Positions 62,873-64,000 of a DNA stretch of 64,000 nt are shown piece after piece (position 1 is the first letter of the stretch; the number at the start of each line of letters is the position of its first letter). Origin of the DNA: Hemiscyllium ocellatum. Its lineage: Eukaryota. The notes under the pieces were generated by a model. The model was not told where the DNA came from and searched no databases. It was given only the letters and a program-made list of their open reading frames with translations. The stretch is from the NCBI RefSeq assembly GCF_020745735.1, contig NC_083412.1, positions 96,128,320 to 96,192,319 of the forward strand, written 5' to 3'. Both the position numbers and the translations under genes were made by a program.

Positions 62873-63581
62873 GGTTTCTAATGACATCACCTCACATTTA
62901 TCTGGACTGATTTCTATTTGCCTCTGATCAGTCCATCCAACCAGCCCACCTCTCTCCTCTTGTCACCTGAGGCTATCCTCAGTATTAACTAACACACCAA
63001 GTTTGTGTTGTCTGTGAATATGTTGCAATGATGTCAATAAAACATCAAGCAAATCTTCCAGTGAGATTCCCTTTGTGGATTTCAAACCACATTTAATGAA
63101 TGTTCCTGGAGAATACATTTACACCACTCTTAAAGATATAACTCAGTTGTACACCGTCTATGTGGTAAACATCCTGAATAGCAGACAAACCTTTAAATTG
63201 ACACGCTCTTTGTGTGTGCACATCTCATACCAGATTATCCTGGCCCCTTTGCAATTTTTCCAGCAACGAGCAAGTTGTTGTTGTCGCAGCTGCCCAAGAC
63301 CCCCTTGCTGCCACTGGAGTAACCAGCATTGGGCGTAACAATGCCAAGCACCTAGCCAGGAAGATTGTATTGTGAGGACAGGTGGCAGGAGTGGAGTTTG
63401 GACAATTCCCATAGGGAGACCCTTCAGGTCTTACCTCTCTACTGGATCTCCCATCCCCCAGTATGGCTAACCCAACATCCGCTACAGCCCCCGCAAATAC
63501 ACACAACACACACACCCGGGTTCACTCTGTAATATCTATCTTGGTTCAGGCAGAATTAAACCCATCAGATTTTAATCTAAA

Positions 63582-64000
63582 TCATAGGTTCATAGTTCCT
63601 TGAAAGAGGAATCTCAGGTAAATAGGATAGTGAAGGAGATGTTTGATCCACTTGCCTTTATTGTTCAGAGCATTGAGTAAAGGATTTGGGAGGTCATGTT
63701 GCAGCTGTACAGGACATTGGTAAGGCCACTTTGTAATATTGTGTGCAATTCTCGTCTCCCTCCTGTAGGAAGGATGTTGTGAAACCTGAAAGAATTTCAC
63801 AAAAGATTTACAAGGACGTTGCCAGGGTTGGAGGGTTTGAGCTATGGGGAGAATCTGAGTAGGCTAGGACTGTTTTCCCTGGAGTGTTAGAGGCTGAGGG
63901 GTGACCTTATACAGGTTTTTAAAATCAAGAGGGGCACAGATAAGGTAAATAGACAAGGTCTTTTCCCTGGCTGGGGAGTCCAGAACTGGAGGGCATAGGT
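63582..64000 (+). mobile_element. CR1 fragment running off the window end
   Basis: GAGGTCATGTTGCAGCTGTACAGGACATTGGTAAGGCC...AGGCTGAGGGGTGACCTTAT. Confidence 0.85.

Overview
Repeat-dense vertebrate genomic DNA, inferred to be from a cartilaginous fish (shark), because HE1-type tRNA-derived SINEs and CR1 LINE fragments are abundant. Most of the window is decayed mobile DNA: many 5'-truncated CR1 LINEs, a second LINE family with a partner tRNA-SINE, HE1 SINEs, at least four Penelope-like element (PLE) families carrying minimal hammerhead-ribozyme motifs (many with clear target-site duplications, several as fold-back hairpins), two probable solo LTRs, two Tc1/Tigger-like MITEs, a ~69-bp tandem repeat, GT microsatellites and one N gap. 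Nearly all ORFs in the supplied track are repeat-derived or spurious. The main non-repeat observation is a candidate spliced + strand gene that the ORF track does not assemble. A signal-peptide-like exon (ending 2804) is followed by two paralogous, frame-symmetric phase-1 exons (2886-3101, 11354-11560). Each encodes a furin/dibasic site, a Cys...Pro-Cys loop and a Thr-rich spacer, and a terminal exon may start at 18893. I do not recognise the protein; it may be a lineage-specific secreted peptide precursor. This gene model is inferred from sequence only. Repeat boundaries are approximate unless a target-site duplication is given.
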